Assembly (NCBI GenBank): GCA_007122875.1
Contig: SKSS01000095.1
Span: 1 to 45,328 of the forward strand
DNA length: 45,328 bases
Source: Salinarchaeum sp.
Lineage (GTDB): Archaea > Halobacteriota > Halobacteria > Halobacteriales > QS-1-68-20
Direction: 5' to 3'
Numbering within the stretch: position 1 is the first letter of the stretch; each line of letters opens with the position of its first letter. Below, one piece after another: positions 27,428 through 36,795 of this stretch. The translations under genes were made by a program, and so were the position numbers. Below the pieces are notes generated by a model. That model was not told the origin of the DNA. It saw nothing but the letters and a program-made list of their open reading frames with translations, and did no database searches.

Positions 27428-28587
27428 GGCTCGACCTCCAGGACGTGAACGACCGCACTGGCGACGGTTCCCCCCGCGTTGTGGGCAACGCCGACGGTCC
27501 CGTCAACGTGATCGCTGTTCGGGTGATCGCCGCGTAGCAGCCGCGTCAACTCCGCGATCTGGCTCGTGCCGGTCGCGCCGACCGGGTGCCCTTTCGCCTT
27601 CAGTCCGCCCGAGAGGTTGACCGGACGATCCCCGTCGGCCGTCGTCTCGCCGCGCCGGGCCGCCCCGATCCCCGCTCCGTGTTTGGCGAGTCCGAGCGAC
27701 TCGATCGCCAGCACCTCGGCGATCGTAAAGCAGTCGTGGACCTCCGCGACCGCCACGTCGGCTGCGTCGATTCCGGCGTCCGCGTAGGCCTCCGCTGCCG
27801 CCTCCTCGGCGGCCGGCGACCGGGCGAGATGCTCGCGGTCCTGAAGCGCCATCCGATCACCGCCCTGACCGGTTCCGGTGATCGACACTGGCGTGTCGAG
27901 GTCCCGTTCCGCCGCGTACGCCTCGCTGACGAGGACGACCGCGCTCGCGCCGTCAGTCAACGGACAGGAGTCGTACAGTCCCAGCGGGTCGGCCACCATC
28001 GGGGCTTCCAGTACGTCCTCGACCGAGATCTCGGAGCGATACTGGGCGTGTTCGTTCGGCAGGGCGTGGCGATGGTTCTTCACGGCGATGGCCGCGAGAT
28101 CCGATCGGCTCCCGCCGAACTCCCGGAAGTACGCCCGCGCCATCAGCGCGTACGCTCCGGGAAACGTCATGCCAGCGCGAACCTCGTAGAGGTCGTCGGC
28201 GGCGATTGCGAGCGCTTCCGTCGCGCCCGCCGTCCCGAGGTTGTTCATCCGCTCTGCGCCCCCCACGAGTGCGACGTCGACCTCGCCGTTTCTGACGTTT
28301 CGGACGGTTTCGCGGACCGCGGCCCCCGAGGAGGCACACGCGCTCTCATAGCGGGTCGCCGGGGCGGAGACGCCCGCGGCCTCGGCCACCAACGGCCCCT
28401 GATGACCCTGATGCTCGGCGAGTTCGCCCATGAAGTTCCCGTAGTGGACCTCTTCGACCGCATTCGGGGCGATCCCGGCGTCATCGAGCGCACGGACTGC
28501 GGCCTCCGCGAAGAGGTCGCGGCCGGTGCGGTCGGGATATGTGCCGAAGTGGGTCAGCCCCACCCCCGCGACGCGCGCGTCTGTCAT
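27424..28587 (-). CDS. thiolase (acetyl-CoA C-acetyltransferase type)
   Basis: 387 aa from the in-frame ATG at 28587 (MTDARVAGVGLTHFG). Active-site Cys in YESACASSGAA. C-terminal GHPVGATG and HNAGG. Confidence 0.85.
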   Translation of the reverse strand: MTDARVAGVGLTHFGTYPDRTGRDLFAEAAVRALDDAGIAPNAVEEVHYGNFMGELAEHQGHQGPLVAEAAGVSAPATRYESACASSGAAVRETVRNVRNGEVDVALVGGAERMNNLGTAGATEALAIAADDLYEVRAGMTFPGAYALMARAYFREFGGSRSDLAAIAVKNHRHALPNEHAQYRSEISVEDVLEAPMVADPLGLYDSCPLTDGASAVVLVSEAYAAERDLDTPVSITGTGQGGDRMALQDREHLARSPAAEEAAAEAYADAGIDAADVAVAEVHDCFTIAEVLAIESLGLAKHGAGIGAARRGETTADGDRPVNLSGGLKAKGHPVGATGTSQIAELTRLLRGDHPNSDHVDGTVGVAHNAGGTVASAVVHVLEVEP

Positions 28588-28715
28588 GGCTCTCCCTTCG
28601 CCATCCACGGCCAAAACGGGAACGGTTCCCGAATGGGTCGACGGACGTTCGGTCCCGATCATCGAACAGATCTCGCCCGGACAACAGCTAAGTCCGAAAG
28701 CGTCGAATCGGGCGT

Positions 28716-28973
28716 ATGTCACGCACTGTCAAGCTGAGCCGAGTGGAGGAGACGCTCGACGAGCTTTCGTACCCGGTGACGCGGACGGACGCAGCGGCCG
28801 AGTTCGAGGACGTGACCCTGCTGCTCGCCAACGGGGAGGCGAACCTCGGGAAGCTGATCGACGGTACCGACACCGACGCGTACACGTCGGTCGACGATCT
28901 GGCGTCGGAGCTTCACAACGTCCTTCCGCGAGACGCGGTTGGAGAGCCGTACCAGTCCGAAGGGGAGGGATAG
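28716..28973 (+). CDS. conserved small acidic protein, function unknown
   Basis: 85 aa, acidic, ATG start. Resembles small conserved haloarchaeal hypothetical proteins (..YPVTRTDAAAEF.DVTLLLANGE..). Confidence 0.5.
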   Translation: MSRTVKLSRVEETLDELSYPVTRTDAAAEFEDVTLLLANGEANLGKLIDGTDTDAYTSVDDLASELHNVLPRDAVGEPYQSEGEG

Positions 28974-29035
28974 CGTTCCGACGCGCACAGAGCGTACGGC
29001 TTAAGGCGTGGTGGGTCCGTATGGTCAGGTCACGA

Positions 29036-29353
29036 ATGGAGTTCTGTGATGAGTGCGGTTCGATGATGAAAGCCGACGAGGAGCTGTGGGTCTGTACGAG
29101 CTGTGACTACCGAACGCCGAAAGATCCCGATGCCTCGTACGTCGTCACCGAAGATCAGGACGTCAGCGAGATCATCGAGAGCGCCGGCTCCGGCGAGGGA
29201 ACCGGACTCCCGACGACCAACGCCCAGTGTCCCGAATGCGACAACGATCGCGCCCACTGGTATATGCAACAGATCCGATCGGCCGACGAGAGCGAAACCC
29301 GATTTTTCATCTGTACCGAGTGCAGCCACAAGTGGCGAGAGGACGATCACTGA
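29036..29353 (+). CDS. tfs: transcription factor S (TFIIS/RpoM-like)
   Basis: 105 aa from ATG 29036. N-terminal ribbon CDECG..CTSCD. C-terminal TFIIS ribbon CPECDN..QIRSADESETRFFICTEC. Confidence 0.9.
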   Translation: MEFCDECGSMMKADEELWVCTSCDYRTPKDPDASYVVTEDQDVSEIIESAGSGEGTGLPTTNAQCPECDNDRAHWYMQQIRSADESETRFFICTECSHKWREDDH

Positions 29354-29394
29354 CCCCTGGCTAACCTTTTACTCCCGGGCGGAGAACCATCGCC

Positions 29395-30597
29395 ATGGAT
29401 CCGAACGAGGGGGGACCGACGCCGGGATCCGTCGGATACGAGCCGGTTCCGGTGAAGGACCTACTCGTCGAGATGAAAGACACCGCCGAGTTGCTCATCG
29501 ATCTCGCGTACTCGGCGGTGCTCCACGACGGCGGGGTGATCGCTGACGAGGTCCTCCGACTCGAACGTCGGATGAACATCCTCGAACTCCGCGCGCGGAT
29601 GAGCCTCCTGATGGCCGCCCGAAGCCCGACCGACGCGGAGACGCTTACACCCGTTCTCGGAATCGTCTCCGCGACCGGCCAGATCAGCGATGCGACCGCC
29701 GACGTGGCTGCGATCGTCCACGACGAGGTTGGCCTGCCGGAGGCGCTACGGACGGCCATCCCCGACGCCGTCGAAACCGTCGCCCGCGGCGTCGTCGACG
29801 CGGACTCGCCGTACGCCGGGCGAACACTCGGTGGGATCGACCTGGAGTCCGACACTGGCGTTCGCCTCGTCGCCATCCGCCGCGGCGACGACTGGATCCA
29901 CGATCCCGGTCCCGAGGCGATCGTCGAACCCACGGACGTTGCGTTCCTTCGCGGGGCCGAGGAGGCACTCGGCGGCGTCTACGAGCGGCTGACCGGCGAG
30001 CGGTACGATCCCCCGGCGACGCCAGCACCCGAGATTGCCGACCTCGACCGCGCCGTCACCACGATCGTCCTGATGAAGGATCTCAGCGAACTCGCCGTCG
30101 ATCTCGCCTATGGGAGCGTCCTCTTCGACGATCCCGAACTCGCTGAGGAGGTCCGGACGGTCGAAGTCGAGGTCGATGCGCTGTACGAGCGCCTCGAAGC
30201 GTGGACGTTGCGGGCTGCTCGTGACGTGGACGATCCGATCTCGCTCAGGGGACTCCTTCGAATCGGCGCGGCCACGGAGGCGATCAGCGACGCCGCGCTC
30301 GTCATCAGCGAAGGAATTCTCCGTGGAATCGACGTTCACCCGGTCGTCGAACTCGCCGTCGGCGAGAGCGAGGAGGTCATCGTTCGGGCGGTCATCGAGG
30401 ACGGGAGCGACCTCGTCGGCGTCAAACTCGACGACGGAAAGCCGGTCGACGGTCCCAGAGTAACGATCGGTGCGATCAGACGGCCGGGAGAGGGGTGGCT
30501 GCTCTCACCCGCCACGACGCTTCAGGCCGGTGACGTGGCGATCGCGAAGGGCACGCAGGCCGCAACTGGGGCGTTCGGGGAGCGTGCCCGACGCTAG
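29395..30597 (+). CDS. cytosolic regulatory protein with two PhoU-like + TrkA-C (RCK_C) modules
   Basis: 400 aa with an internal duplication (VKDLLVEMKDTAELLIDLAYSAVL.. and IVLMKDLSELAVDLAYGSVL..). Each copy is followed by a TrkA-C-like segment. Confidence 0.65.
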   Translation: MDPNEGGPTPGSVGYEPVPVKDLLVEMKDTAELLIDLAYSAVLHDGGVIADEVLRLERRMNILELRARMSLLMAARSPTDAETLTPVLGIVSATGQISDATADVAAIVHDEVGLPEALRTAIPDAVETVARGVVDADSPYAGRTLGGIDLESDTGVRLVAIRRGDDWIHDPGPEAIVEPTDVAFLRGAEEALGGVYERLTGERYDPPATPAPEIADLDRAVTTIVLMKDLSELAVDLAYGSVLFDDPELAEEVRTVEVEVDALYERLEAWTLRAARDVDDPISLRGLLRIGAATEAISDAALVISEGILRGIDVHPVVELAVGESEEVIVRAVIEDGSDLVGVKLDDGKPVDGPRVTIGAIRRPGEGWLLSPATTLQAGDVAIAKGTQAATGAFGERARR

Positions 30598-30653
30598 ACG
30601 GGATACGGGGGCGTTCGGAGAACGCGCCAGACGCTAGACGGTCCCCGATGCGA

Positions 30654-31730
30654 TCAGTCAGGATCGCTGAGACGAAGGGTGAAGCCGAACGAATCCTCGT
30701 TTTCATCTCCGTCCCGTTCGCTTCGGACGGATCCGGTGAATCGGTACTGGCCGTTCGGCGCACACGCGTCGGCTTCGTTCGGCGTAGCGATTCCCACCTC
30801 TCGCGTCACGGTCTCGCCGAGGGCCATCGAGACCGACCGTTCGTCGGTGTCCTCGTCCGCTGGCTCCCCGCGCCAGCAGTCGTCGTCGTCGACGACGGCA
30901 TCGGGATCGATCAACAACAGCGCTTCGTCCGCGTTGGTGCGCGTCGCCCGAAGCTCGCCGAACGGCTCCGGGCCGTCTAATTGGACCTCCTGGAACGCCT
31001 CGCTTCGGAACCCCACGCGTACGATTGCGGGAGCGTCGTCACCGTGGGGCGACTCCAGTTCCACGGTGGCCGTTCCCGGCACCTCCTCCGACGGTTCGTC
31101 GTGAATGATCTCGACGATCCGTCGTCCACCGGGATCGATTCGGGGCTCGGCGACGACTTCGAACAGCGTAGCCCACGTCAACGGATCCTCGACCGTCTCG
31201 CTGTTCCCCTCCACGTGAAAGGCGTAGCGGCCCTCCGTCAGCTCATCGCGGAGATCGACATCGAACCACCACGTGTGCGACGATCCGGGTTCGAAGACGA
31301 CCTCGTCGCCACCGTTCCCGCGTTCGACCGTCGTCCACTCGCCGCCGTCGTCCCGCTCGATCCTCCAATCGTCGACATCGACCGTGAGTTCGGGATCGTG
31401 GTTGTCGAACAGCGTGAACTGGAGTCGCTCATCCTCATAAATGACCTCCCGGAGCGGCGAGAGGTGGGCGGGAATCGGTTCATCGAGGGCGTGATATGCG
31501 AACGTCTCGTTGCCGCGGAACGCGACCTCGTCGTCGAACCGGGAGTCGATCGCCGGTTCGCCGTCGATCTCCAGGTCGTCTCCGTACGCTCTGGGGTCGG
31601 GCGTGTCCCTGGGAGTCGTTCGATGGGGCGTCGGCTCGTCATCGTCGTCCGATCCGGTACACCCAGCGAGTCCCAGCGGAAGGGCTATCGCGGCTGTTTT
31701 TAGGGCGTCTCGTCGCGAGACGGGGCACAT
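30654..31730 (-). CDS. Tat-exported lipoprotein, function unknown
   Basis: 358 aa. SRRDALKTAAIALPLGLAGC signal with lipobox, then an acidic mature part. Confidence 0.65.
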   Translation of the reverse strand: MCPVSRRDALKTAAIALPLGLAGCTGSDDDDEPTPHRTTPRDTPDPRAYGDDLEIDGEPAIDSRFDDEVAFRGNETFAYHALDEPIPAHLSPLREVIYEDERLQFTLFDNHDPELTVDVDDWRIERDDGGEWTTVERGNGGDEVVFEPGSSHTWWFDVDLRDELTEGRYAFHVEGNSETVEDPLTWATLFEVVAEPRIDPGGRRIVEIIHDEPSEEVPGTATVELESPHGDDAPAIVRVGFRSEAFQEVQLDGPEPFGELRATRTNADEALLLIDPDAVVDDDDCWRGEPADEDTDERSVSMALGETVTREVGIATPNEADACAPNGQYRFTGSVRSERDGDENEDSFGFTLRLSDPD

Positions 31731-31780
31731 GCTCGAATCGAGCCGTGGAGCCTGTAAGTACTTTCTGTCATCGATCCTCG

Positions 31781-32362
31781 CTATCCGAGTACCATGAGCG
31801 CCACGATCGAGAGGATCACGACCCCGAGGATGTCACAGAGGTTGGTCACGATCGGAATCGTGGTGTCGTCGGGATCGAGTCCCAGCCGGTAGGAGGCGTA
31901 GCTCGCCGCAATACTGAGGACGACCGCGACGAACGCCAGCACCATCCCGCTGACCATCGAGATCACCAAGAGATCCGAGAACGCCATCGGACCGGCGTAG
32001 AGCCGTCCGATCCCGTACGCTGCCACCGCGAGTGCGGCGAAGATCGTCACCGCGAGTCCGAGAATCGCGGCCACGTTCGTCCACAGCGCCACGTCACGGG
32101 GGGAAAACGAGAGCGTACCGAGGTGGAGCCGAGTCGAGAGCCGCGAGCTGAGGATGCTGCCGAGGTTGCCACCCATGTCGATCATCACCGGAACGAGGAT
32201 CAGCAGCGTCGGGTTGGCGAGATACGTCTCCTCCAGTGTCTCTAACACCAGCCCCGATCCCATCTCCAGAATCGAGAGGACGATCAACAGCGGGATCATG
32301 GTCGTGACGATCGACCGAACGGTCCACGTATCGAACGACCTCCGTGGCAGTCCGTGGCTCAT
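31781..32362 (-). CDS. MgtE-type divalent cation transporter, membrane domain only
   Basis: 193 aa from ATG 32362. MgtE TM-domain motifs MIDMGGNLGSILSSRLST and PIVTNLCDILGVV. Confidence 0.75.
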   Translation of the reverse strand: MSHGLPRRSFDTWTVRSIVTTMIPLLIVLSILEMGSGLVLETLEETYLANPTLLILVPVMIDMGGNLGSILSSRLSTRLHLGTLSFSPRDVALWTNVAAILGLAVTIFAALAVAAYGIGRLYAGPMAFSDLLVISMVSGMVLAFVAVVLSIAASYASYRLGLDPDDTTIPIVTNLCDILGVVILSIVALMVLG

Positions 32363-32408
32363 GCCGTTCCTCCGTCCACACCCGACCTTCGAGCGTCCCA
32401 CCCGGGCC

Positions 32409-32984
32409 TCATCCGAGCACCTCCACGACGATCAACGCGACGTAGAGAAACGCCACGCCGAAGATGTCACCGAGGGTCGTGACGATCGGACCGATCAGGT
32501 TGTCCGGATCGAACCCGCGGCGAAAGCCCAGAAACACGAGCGCGAGCAGTCCGACGATCAGCACGAACGCTGTCAGCGTCCCAGCGATGAGGGTGATCCC
32601 GACGAGTTCGGTGAGTTGGGCGGATTCCCGCCCGAGCAACTGGAGAATGAGCCAGGAGAGAAAGCCGATGAACACCGAAATCGTGATCCCGTTGATGAAC
32701 GAGGCGATCACCGCGTTCAGCAGCCGTCGGTCACGCTCGAAGCGTGGCTCGATCAGCCCCTGGTGAAGCCCGCTTGCGATCCGCGCACCGAGCGCACCGT
32801 AGACGTTCCCCCGTGTCGCCAGAAAGGCCGGCAACAGCAACAACAAACCGGGATACGCGCGAAATCCGTCCCGCATTCCTTCGGTTCCGAGGACCGCGCC
32901 CGCCAGGATTCCTCCGCCGAGGCTGATGGTCAACACGCCGATCGACTCGGCGTAGATCCGTCTCGCCTCGCCCCAGTCGATCAT
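32409..32984 (-). CDS. MgtE-type divalent cation transporter, membrane domain only (paralogue)
   Basis: 191 aa. FLATRGNVYGALGARIAS and PIVTTLGDIFGVAFLY. In tandem with the previous gene. Confidence 0.75.
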   Translation of the reverse strand: MIDWGEARRIYAESIGVLTISLGGGILAGAVLGTEGMRDGFRAYPGLLLLLPAFLATRGNVYGALGARIASGLHQGLIEPRFERDRRLLNAVIASFINGITISVFIGFLSWLILQLLGRESAQLTELVGITLIAGTLTAFVLIVGLLALVFLGFRRGFDPDNLIGPIVTTLGDIFGVAFLYVALIVVEVLG

Positions 32985-33073
32985 GTGTCGGGGAGAACGG
33001 CCCGATCATAGAAGTAAGAGGGGGTGAGCGTCGTGGACGCTCGTCCCACACCGTCTCAACTGCGATCCGTTCG

Positions 33074-33820
33074 TCACTCGATCCGACCGACCGTCAGATA
33101 CCCGGTGTGTCCGACGCCGGCCGTCGAGGGCCGCGAGCCCCGCTCGTCGAAGTCCATTCGACGCTGGATCGTCTCGATCGTCTCGACGGTCGCGAAGCCG
33201 GCGTCCCGCGCCGTCTCGGCTACTTCTCGGGTCGCCTCGACGAACGGCGAATAGACCGCGACCGAACCGCCGGCAGCGAGCAGTTCGGGCGCGCGTTCGA
33301 CGACCGCCGGCGCGTCGGCAGTGTCCAGCGTGATCGCGTCGACGGGTTCGTCGATCCCTCCATCGTCCCCCTCGACAGCGTCGACGTGGTCGGTCACGTC
33401 GCCCGTCCTCACGTCGACGCGGTCGGCGACCCCGCCTCGTTCCATGTTCTCGCGGGCGACCGCGGCGAACTCGGGGTTTTCCTCGTAGGTGACGACGTCG
33501 ACGCCGAGTCGACCGAGCGCCGCCGCGAGGATTCCGGTTCCCGTTCCGGCGTCGAGGACGCGGTCGCCCGTCCCGACGCCCGTGAACCCGATCACGAGAC
33601 CGATGTCTCTGGGCATCATCGGCGCGCCGGTCCGCTCGAAGTGCTCGAAGAAGTCGGGAAGCCGCGGCTCGCGGACCGTGAACGTCGTTCCGAGGTGGCT
33701 TTCGACCGTATCCCCGGGTTCGACGTCCTCGGGAACGGTGAGGACGCCGAGATCCGTCTGGAGTTCCGTGCCCGGCTCTCGAAGGTAGGCACGGTCGTCC
33801 CGCACTAACAGGACGCTCAC
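33074..33820 (-). CDS. trmI: tRNA (adenine-N1)-methyltransferase TrmI/GCD14 family
   Basis: 248 aa. GCD14-type N-terminal region and SAM motif VLDAGTGTGILAAAL. Confidence 0.8.
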   Translation of the reverse strand: MSVLLVRDDRAYLREPGTELQTDLGVLTVPEDVEPGDTVESHLGTTFTVREPRLPDFFEHFERTGAPMMPRDIGLVIGFTGVGTGDRVLDAGTGTGILAAALGRLGVDVVTYEENPEFAAVARENMERGGVADRVDVRTGDVTDHVDAVEGDDGGIDEPVDAITLDTADAPAVVERAPELLAAGGSVAVYSPFVEATREVAETARDAGFATVETIETIQRRMDFDERGSRPSTAGVGHTGYLTVGRIE

Positions 33821-33821
33821 G

Positions 33822-34205
33822 TCACTCCAGCCGCGCGATGGCAGCCGCGAGGTCGCCCTCCTCGGCGAGCGCCTCGCGCGCCTCGTCCTCGCTCGCGCCG
33901 GTCTGGGTCACGATGAGATCGACATCGTCGTCGGTGAAGCCGTGGATGTCCTCGTCGGCTTCATCATCGGCCTCCGCGTCGTCGCCGGACGGATCGCGGG
34001 ATTCCGGTTCACCGATCACCTGGTAGGTCTGCTGGCCACGGGCGTCCATTCGGGTGACTTGCGCGTCCGCGAACACCAGTTCCTCGTCGGCGGTCCTGAT
34101 GATCACTTCCTCGGCGTCGATCTCGTCGACGTCGATTCCCATCTGTTCCATCATCTGTTGCATCTTGCGGGGATCAAGCCCGCCGCCACGTCCTCCACCG
34201 AACAT
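33822..34205 (-). CDS. nac: nascent polypeptide-associated complex protein
   Basis: 127 aa. NAC domain ([21 protein letters not shown]..) plus a C-terminal UBA-like helix bundle ([24 protein letters not shown]). Confidence 0.9.
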   Translation of the reverse strand: MFGGGRGGGLDPRKMQQMMEQMGIDVDEIDAEEVIIRTADEELVFADAQVTRMDARGQQTYQVIGEPESRDPSGDDAEADDEADEDIHGFTDDDVDLIVTQTGASEDEAREALAEEGDLAAAIARLE

Positions 34206-34257
34206 ACCCGAACGCTCGGGATGGGGAGCAAAAAGGGTGGCGGAGCGTCCCGTTCGT

Positions 34258-34728
34258 TCAGTCCGCGCCGTCGCGGACCATCACCGCCATCCCGGTGTCG
34301 AAGTCGGCCATCGCTCCGGCGGATAGCTCCGCTCGTCCGACACCGAGTACCGTCCCGTCGTGAACGACGCACACCTCGTCTCCCGGACGGATCTCGGGGT
34401 CGACGCCGGTGACGAACCGCGCGAACGCGTTCCGGCCCTCGCGAACGAAGGGGACGCTCTCTTTGTTGACCGCCACCCGGCACGCCGGCGGCTCGAACGA
34501 GCGAGCCAACCGTCGGCCGCCCTCGATCCCGAGGGTGAACCGTCCGTCGACGCCGACCGAGACGACGTGCCCGTCGTCGGTGCGAACCTGGCGAATGCGG
34601 TCGGAAGACGATCGTTTGAGTTCGTAGTCGTCCCCGGCCGAAAAGAGCGCGTCGCCCGCGCCCCGGCCGAACTGGTAGTCGGCGATCCGCCGCAACGTCG
34701 TCGCCCCTTCGAACGGCTCGGTCATCAA
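34258..34728 (-). CDS. PUA domain-containing RNA-binding protein
   Basis: 156 aa. ..[10 protein letters not shown].. pre-PUA region and a C-terminal PUA-like segment ([24 protein letters not shown]). Confidence 0.7.
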   Translation of the reverse strand: MMTEPFEGATTLRRIADYQFGRGAGDALFSAGDDYELKRSSSDRIRQVRTDDGHVVSVGVDGRFTLGIEGGRRLARSFEPPACRVAVNKESVPFVREGRNAFARFVTGVDPEIRPGDEVCVVHDGTVLGVGRAELSAGAMADFDTGMAVMVRDGAD

Positions 34729-34917
34729 CGGCTCGTACGTGGCCCGCCCGCGAAAGCGCTTCGACTCTCGGTGCTCGTGCGCGTTGATTTTCGGTGCTCG
34801 TTCCGCGGGCCTCCCCGAGAGGCCCGCGACGGATCGACGACCTCGTCACCGTTGACGGCTTCCGGTCCGGGATGGCAAGCGTTTATACGGGCGGGTTCGT
34901 AGCTTCCGCAAGTTCCC

Positions 34918-35358
34918 ATGGCAGAGATGTACTTGATCGGCATGGTCCTGATGGGGTTGGTTCTGGTGGCGATCATCGCCTCAGCGATGCGTAGCGATCG
35001 ATTCGATGCCTCCGTCATCGAATCGCCACCATGGCAGGACGACGACGAGTCCGGCGGACTGACGAGCCGACCCACAGTCTGGCGGGCAGGCCTCCTGTTG
35101 CTCGCGTTCGGACTGGGTGGCGCGCTGATCGGCACGGCCGCCGGGCCGGAACTCGTCGGCGATGACGCCGCTGGCACGTTCGGCTTCCTCGTCGGCGGGC
35201 TACTGGCGGGAGTGGTGGCGATGGTCGTCTTCTCCGGCACCTACACCGTCCTCAGAAACCGCGGATTCGGGCAGGCTCCCGCGACCGCCGCGGTCGCGTG
35301 GGTCGCCGGAATTATTCTGATCGCGACGATCACCTTCCACCTGATCGAGAACCTCTGA
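34918..35358 (+). CDS. hypothetical membrane protein
   Basis: 146 aa, 4 hydrophobic helices, ATG start, TATA-like tttata about 30 nt upstream. Confidence 0.5.
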   Translation: MAEMYLIGMVLMGLVLVAIIASAMRSDRFDASVIESPPWQDDDESGGLTSRPTVWRAGLLLLAFGLGGALIGTAAGPELVGDDAAGTFGFLVGGLLAGVVAMVVFSGTYTVLRNRGFGQAPATAAVAWVAGIILIATITFHLIENL

Positions 35359-35392
35359 CCGCCGCTGTCGGCACCGACCGTCTCGCTCACTA

Positions 35393-36061
35393 ATGTCCGT
35401 CCTCGCCATCCACGCGCGGACTGTTCTCGACCGTCTCACGCTCGACGAGGTGGCGCTGTGGGCTGGCGTTCTGACGGCTGAACTGCTCGCGGTCGGCATC
35501 TACTTCACCGCGACCGGAGCCCAGTCGACAACGCTCAGGTACGTCCTCTATCCGTTCGTCTGGATCAATCTCGGGCTGTGGGCCGCCCTCCACGTCAGAC
35601 CTCGACCGGCCGGTCGACGGACGCAACTGGTCGCTGGTGGCGTCGCACTCGGATACTTCCTCGTACTCACGTGGTTCGCCGGGCTGTTCGGAACGGCGAC
35701 CGGTGACGGAGCGGTCGGTCTCGACGTGACGTTCGCCTCTCCGGGACTCGGCCCCATCGTTGGCTACTTCGGGACGGTGGTGTACGTCGTCGCCGTTCCG
35801 TATCTCGTCGTCGGCTACCTCACCCTGTCGTATCTGGTCTACGTCGCCGCACTCGATGCGTCGCGGGCGGCACTGCCTGGCGTGCTGGGACTCGCATCCT
35901 GTGTCGGCTGTGCGTTTCCGATCGTGGCGACGATCGTTGCCGGGGTCGCTGGCGGCTCCTCGGCGGTCGTCGCGACGATCTACACCCACTCGATGGATCT
36001 CTCGACGGTCGCGTTCGTGCTCGCGTTCGCGTTGCTCTATTGGCGTCCGGGGTTCGAGTAA
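35393..36061 (+). CDS. polytopic membrane protein with intramembrane CxxC (SCVGCAFP)
   Basis: 222 aa, about 6 TM helices, no family recognised. Confidence 0.55.
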   Translation: MSVLAIHARTVLDRLTLDEVALWAGVLTAELLAVGIYFTATGAQSTTLRYVLYPFVWINLGLWAALHVRPRPAGRRTQLVAGGVALGYFLVLTWFAGLFGTATGDGAVGLDVTFASPGLGPIVGYFGTVVYVVAVPYLVVGYLTLSYLVYVAALDASRAALPGVLGLASCVGCAFPIVATIVAGVAGGSSAVVATIYTHSMDLSTVAFVLAFALLYWRPGFE

Positions 36062-36074
36062 CCGACGACCTCAA

Positions 36075-36344
36075 TCAGGCGTCGGCGACGGTCTCGGCGT
36101 TCGTCTCGGCAGATTCGGTCTCCTCGTCGGTCGCCGGCTCGACGTCCTCGGCGTCGTAGCTCCCGCCCCGTTCGTCGGATTCGCCAGCCCACGCCGACGA
36201 TCGATCCGGGGCGAACGAGGCGTACACCAAAAACAGCATGGCGATGGTCATCACTGCCGCAGCGAGGACGGTGGCAGCGATGGCTACCTGTTCGAACTCC
36301 ATTCCGAATTGCAACACGGTCAGATCAGGGGACATTGCACTCAC
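36075..36344 (-). CDS. small single-pass membrane protein with acidic tail
   Basis: 89-aa ORF with one TM helix (VAIAATVLAAAVMTIAMLFLVYA) and an acidic C-terminus. Start uncertain. Confidence 0.4.
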   Translation of the reverse strand: MSAMSPDLTVLQFGMEFEQVAIAATVLAAAVMTIAMLFLVYASFAPDRSSAWAGESDERGGSYDAEDVEPATDEETESAETNAETVADA

Positions 36345-36408
36345 CTCTTAGCGGACCGTACCAGCTACCCCCATATCAGGGTTGTCTTCCCGGGTGACGA
36401 CTCGACGG

Positions 36409-36681
36409 TCAGCTGATCGAGTAGGCCGCCGCGACGGCCAGCAACAGCACGGCGAACACACTCGACAGCATCACGTACGATACCGACCGGGGCTCGTGTT
36501 TGAGGTGCTGGTAGTACTCGGCGATCAGTACCGTCTTCGCCACTGCTGACACCATGATCAGACTGAACATCGTCCAGTAGTCCAGCCCGAAGAGGAAGAA
36601 AACGTACTTCGAGAGCGCCAGCGCCAGCAGGACGACGTAAATCGACACGTACAGGCGGATCGATCCCATTACCGCGATCAA
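36409..36681 (-). CDS. cytochrome c oxidase subunit IV-like (prokaryotic COX4 family) membrane protein
   Basis: 90 aa, 3 TM helices. AEYYQHLKHEPRSVSYVML resembles the COX4_pro signature. Confidence 0.65.
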   Translation of the reverse strand: MIAVMGSIRLYVSIYVVLLALALSKYVFFLFGLDYWTMFSLIMVSAVAKTVLIAEYYQHLKHEPRSVSYVMLSSVFAVLLLAVAAAYSIS

Positions 36682-36795
36682 TGGGTTTCTGGAACTTAAG
36701 CGTGCTGTTAGCCGACGGGATCGACGCCGTCACACCCGCCGAAACCACACGGCTTTACTCCCGTCGCCGTTTCGATTCGGCGTATCCGATCGAGC

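Noticed and set aside
27586-28737. 383-aa plus-strand ORF
   Set aside because: It is antisense to the thiolase gene and has no recognisable domain.
28526-29353. 275-aa ORF as an extended TFS
   Set aside because: Only the last 105 aa (from ATG 29036) match TFS. The upstream part overlaps the 28716-28973 gene in another frame and is Arg-rich.
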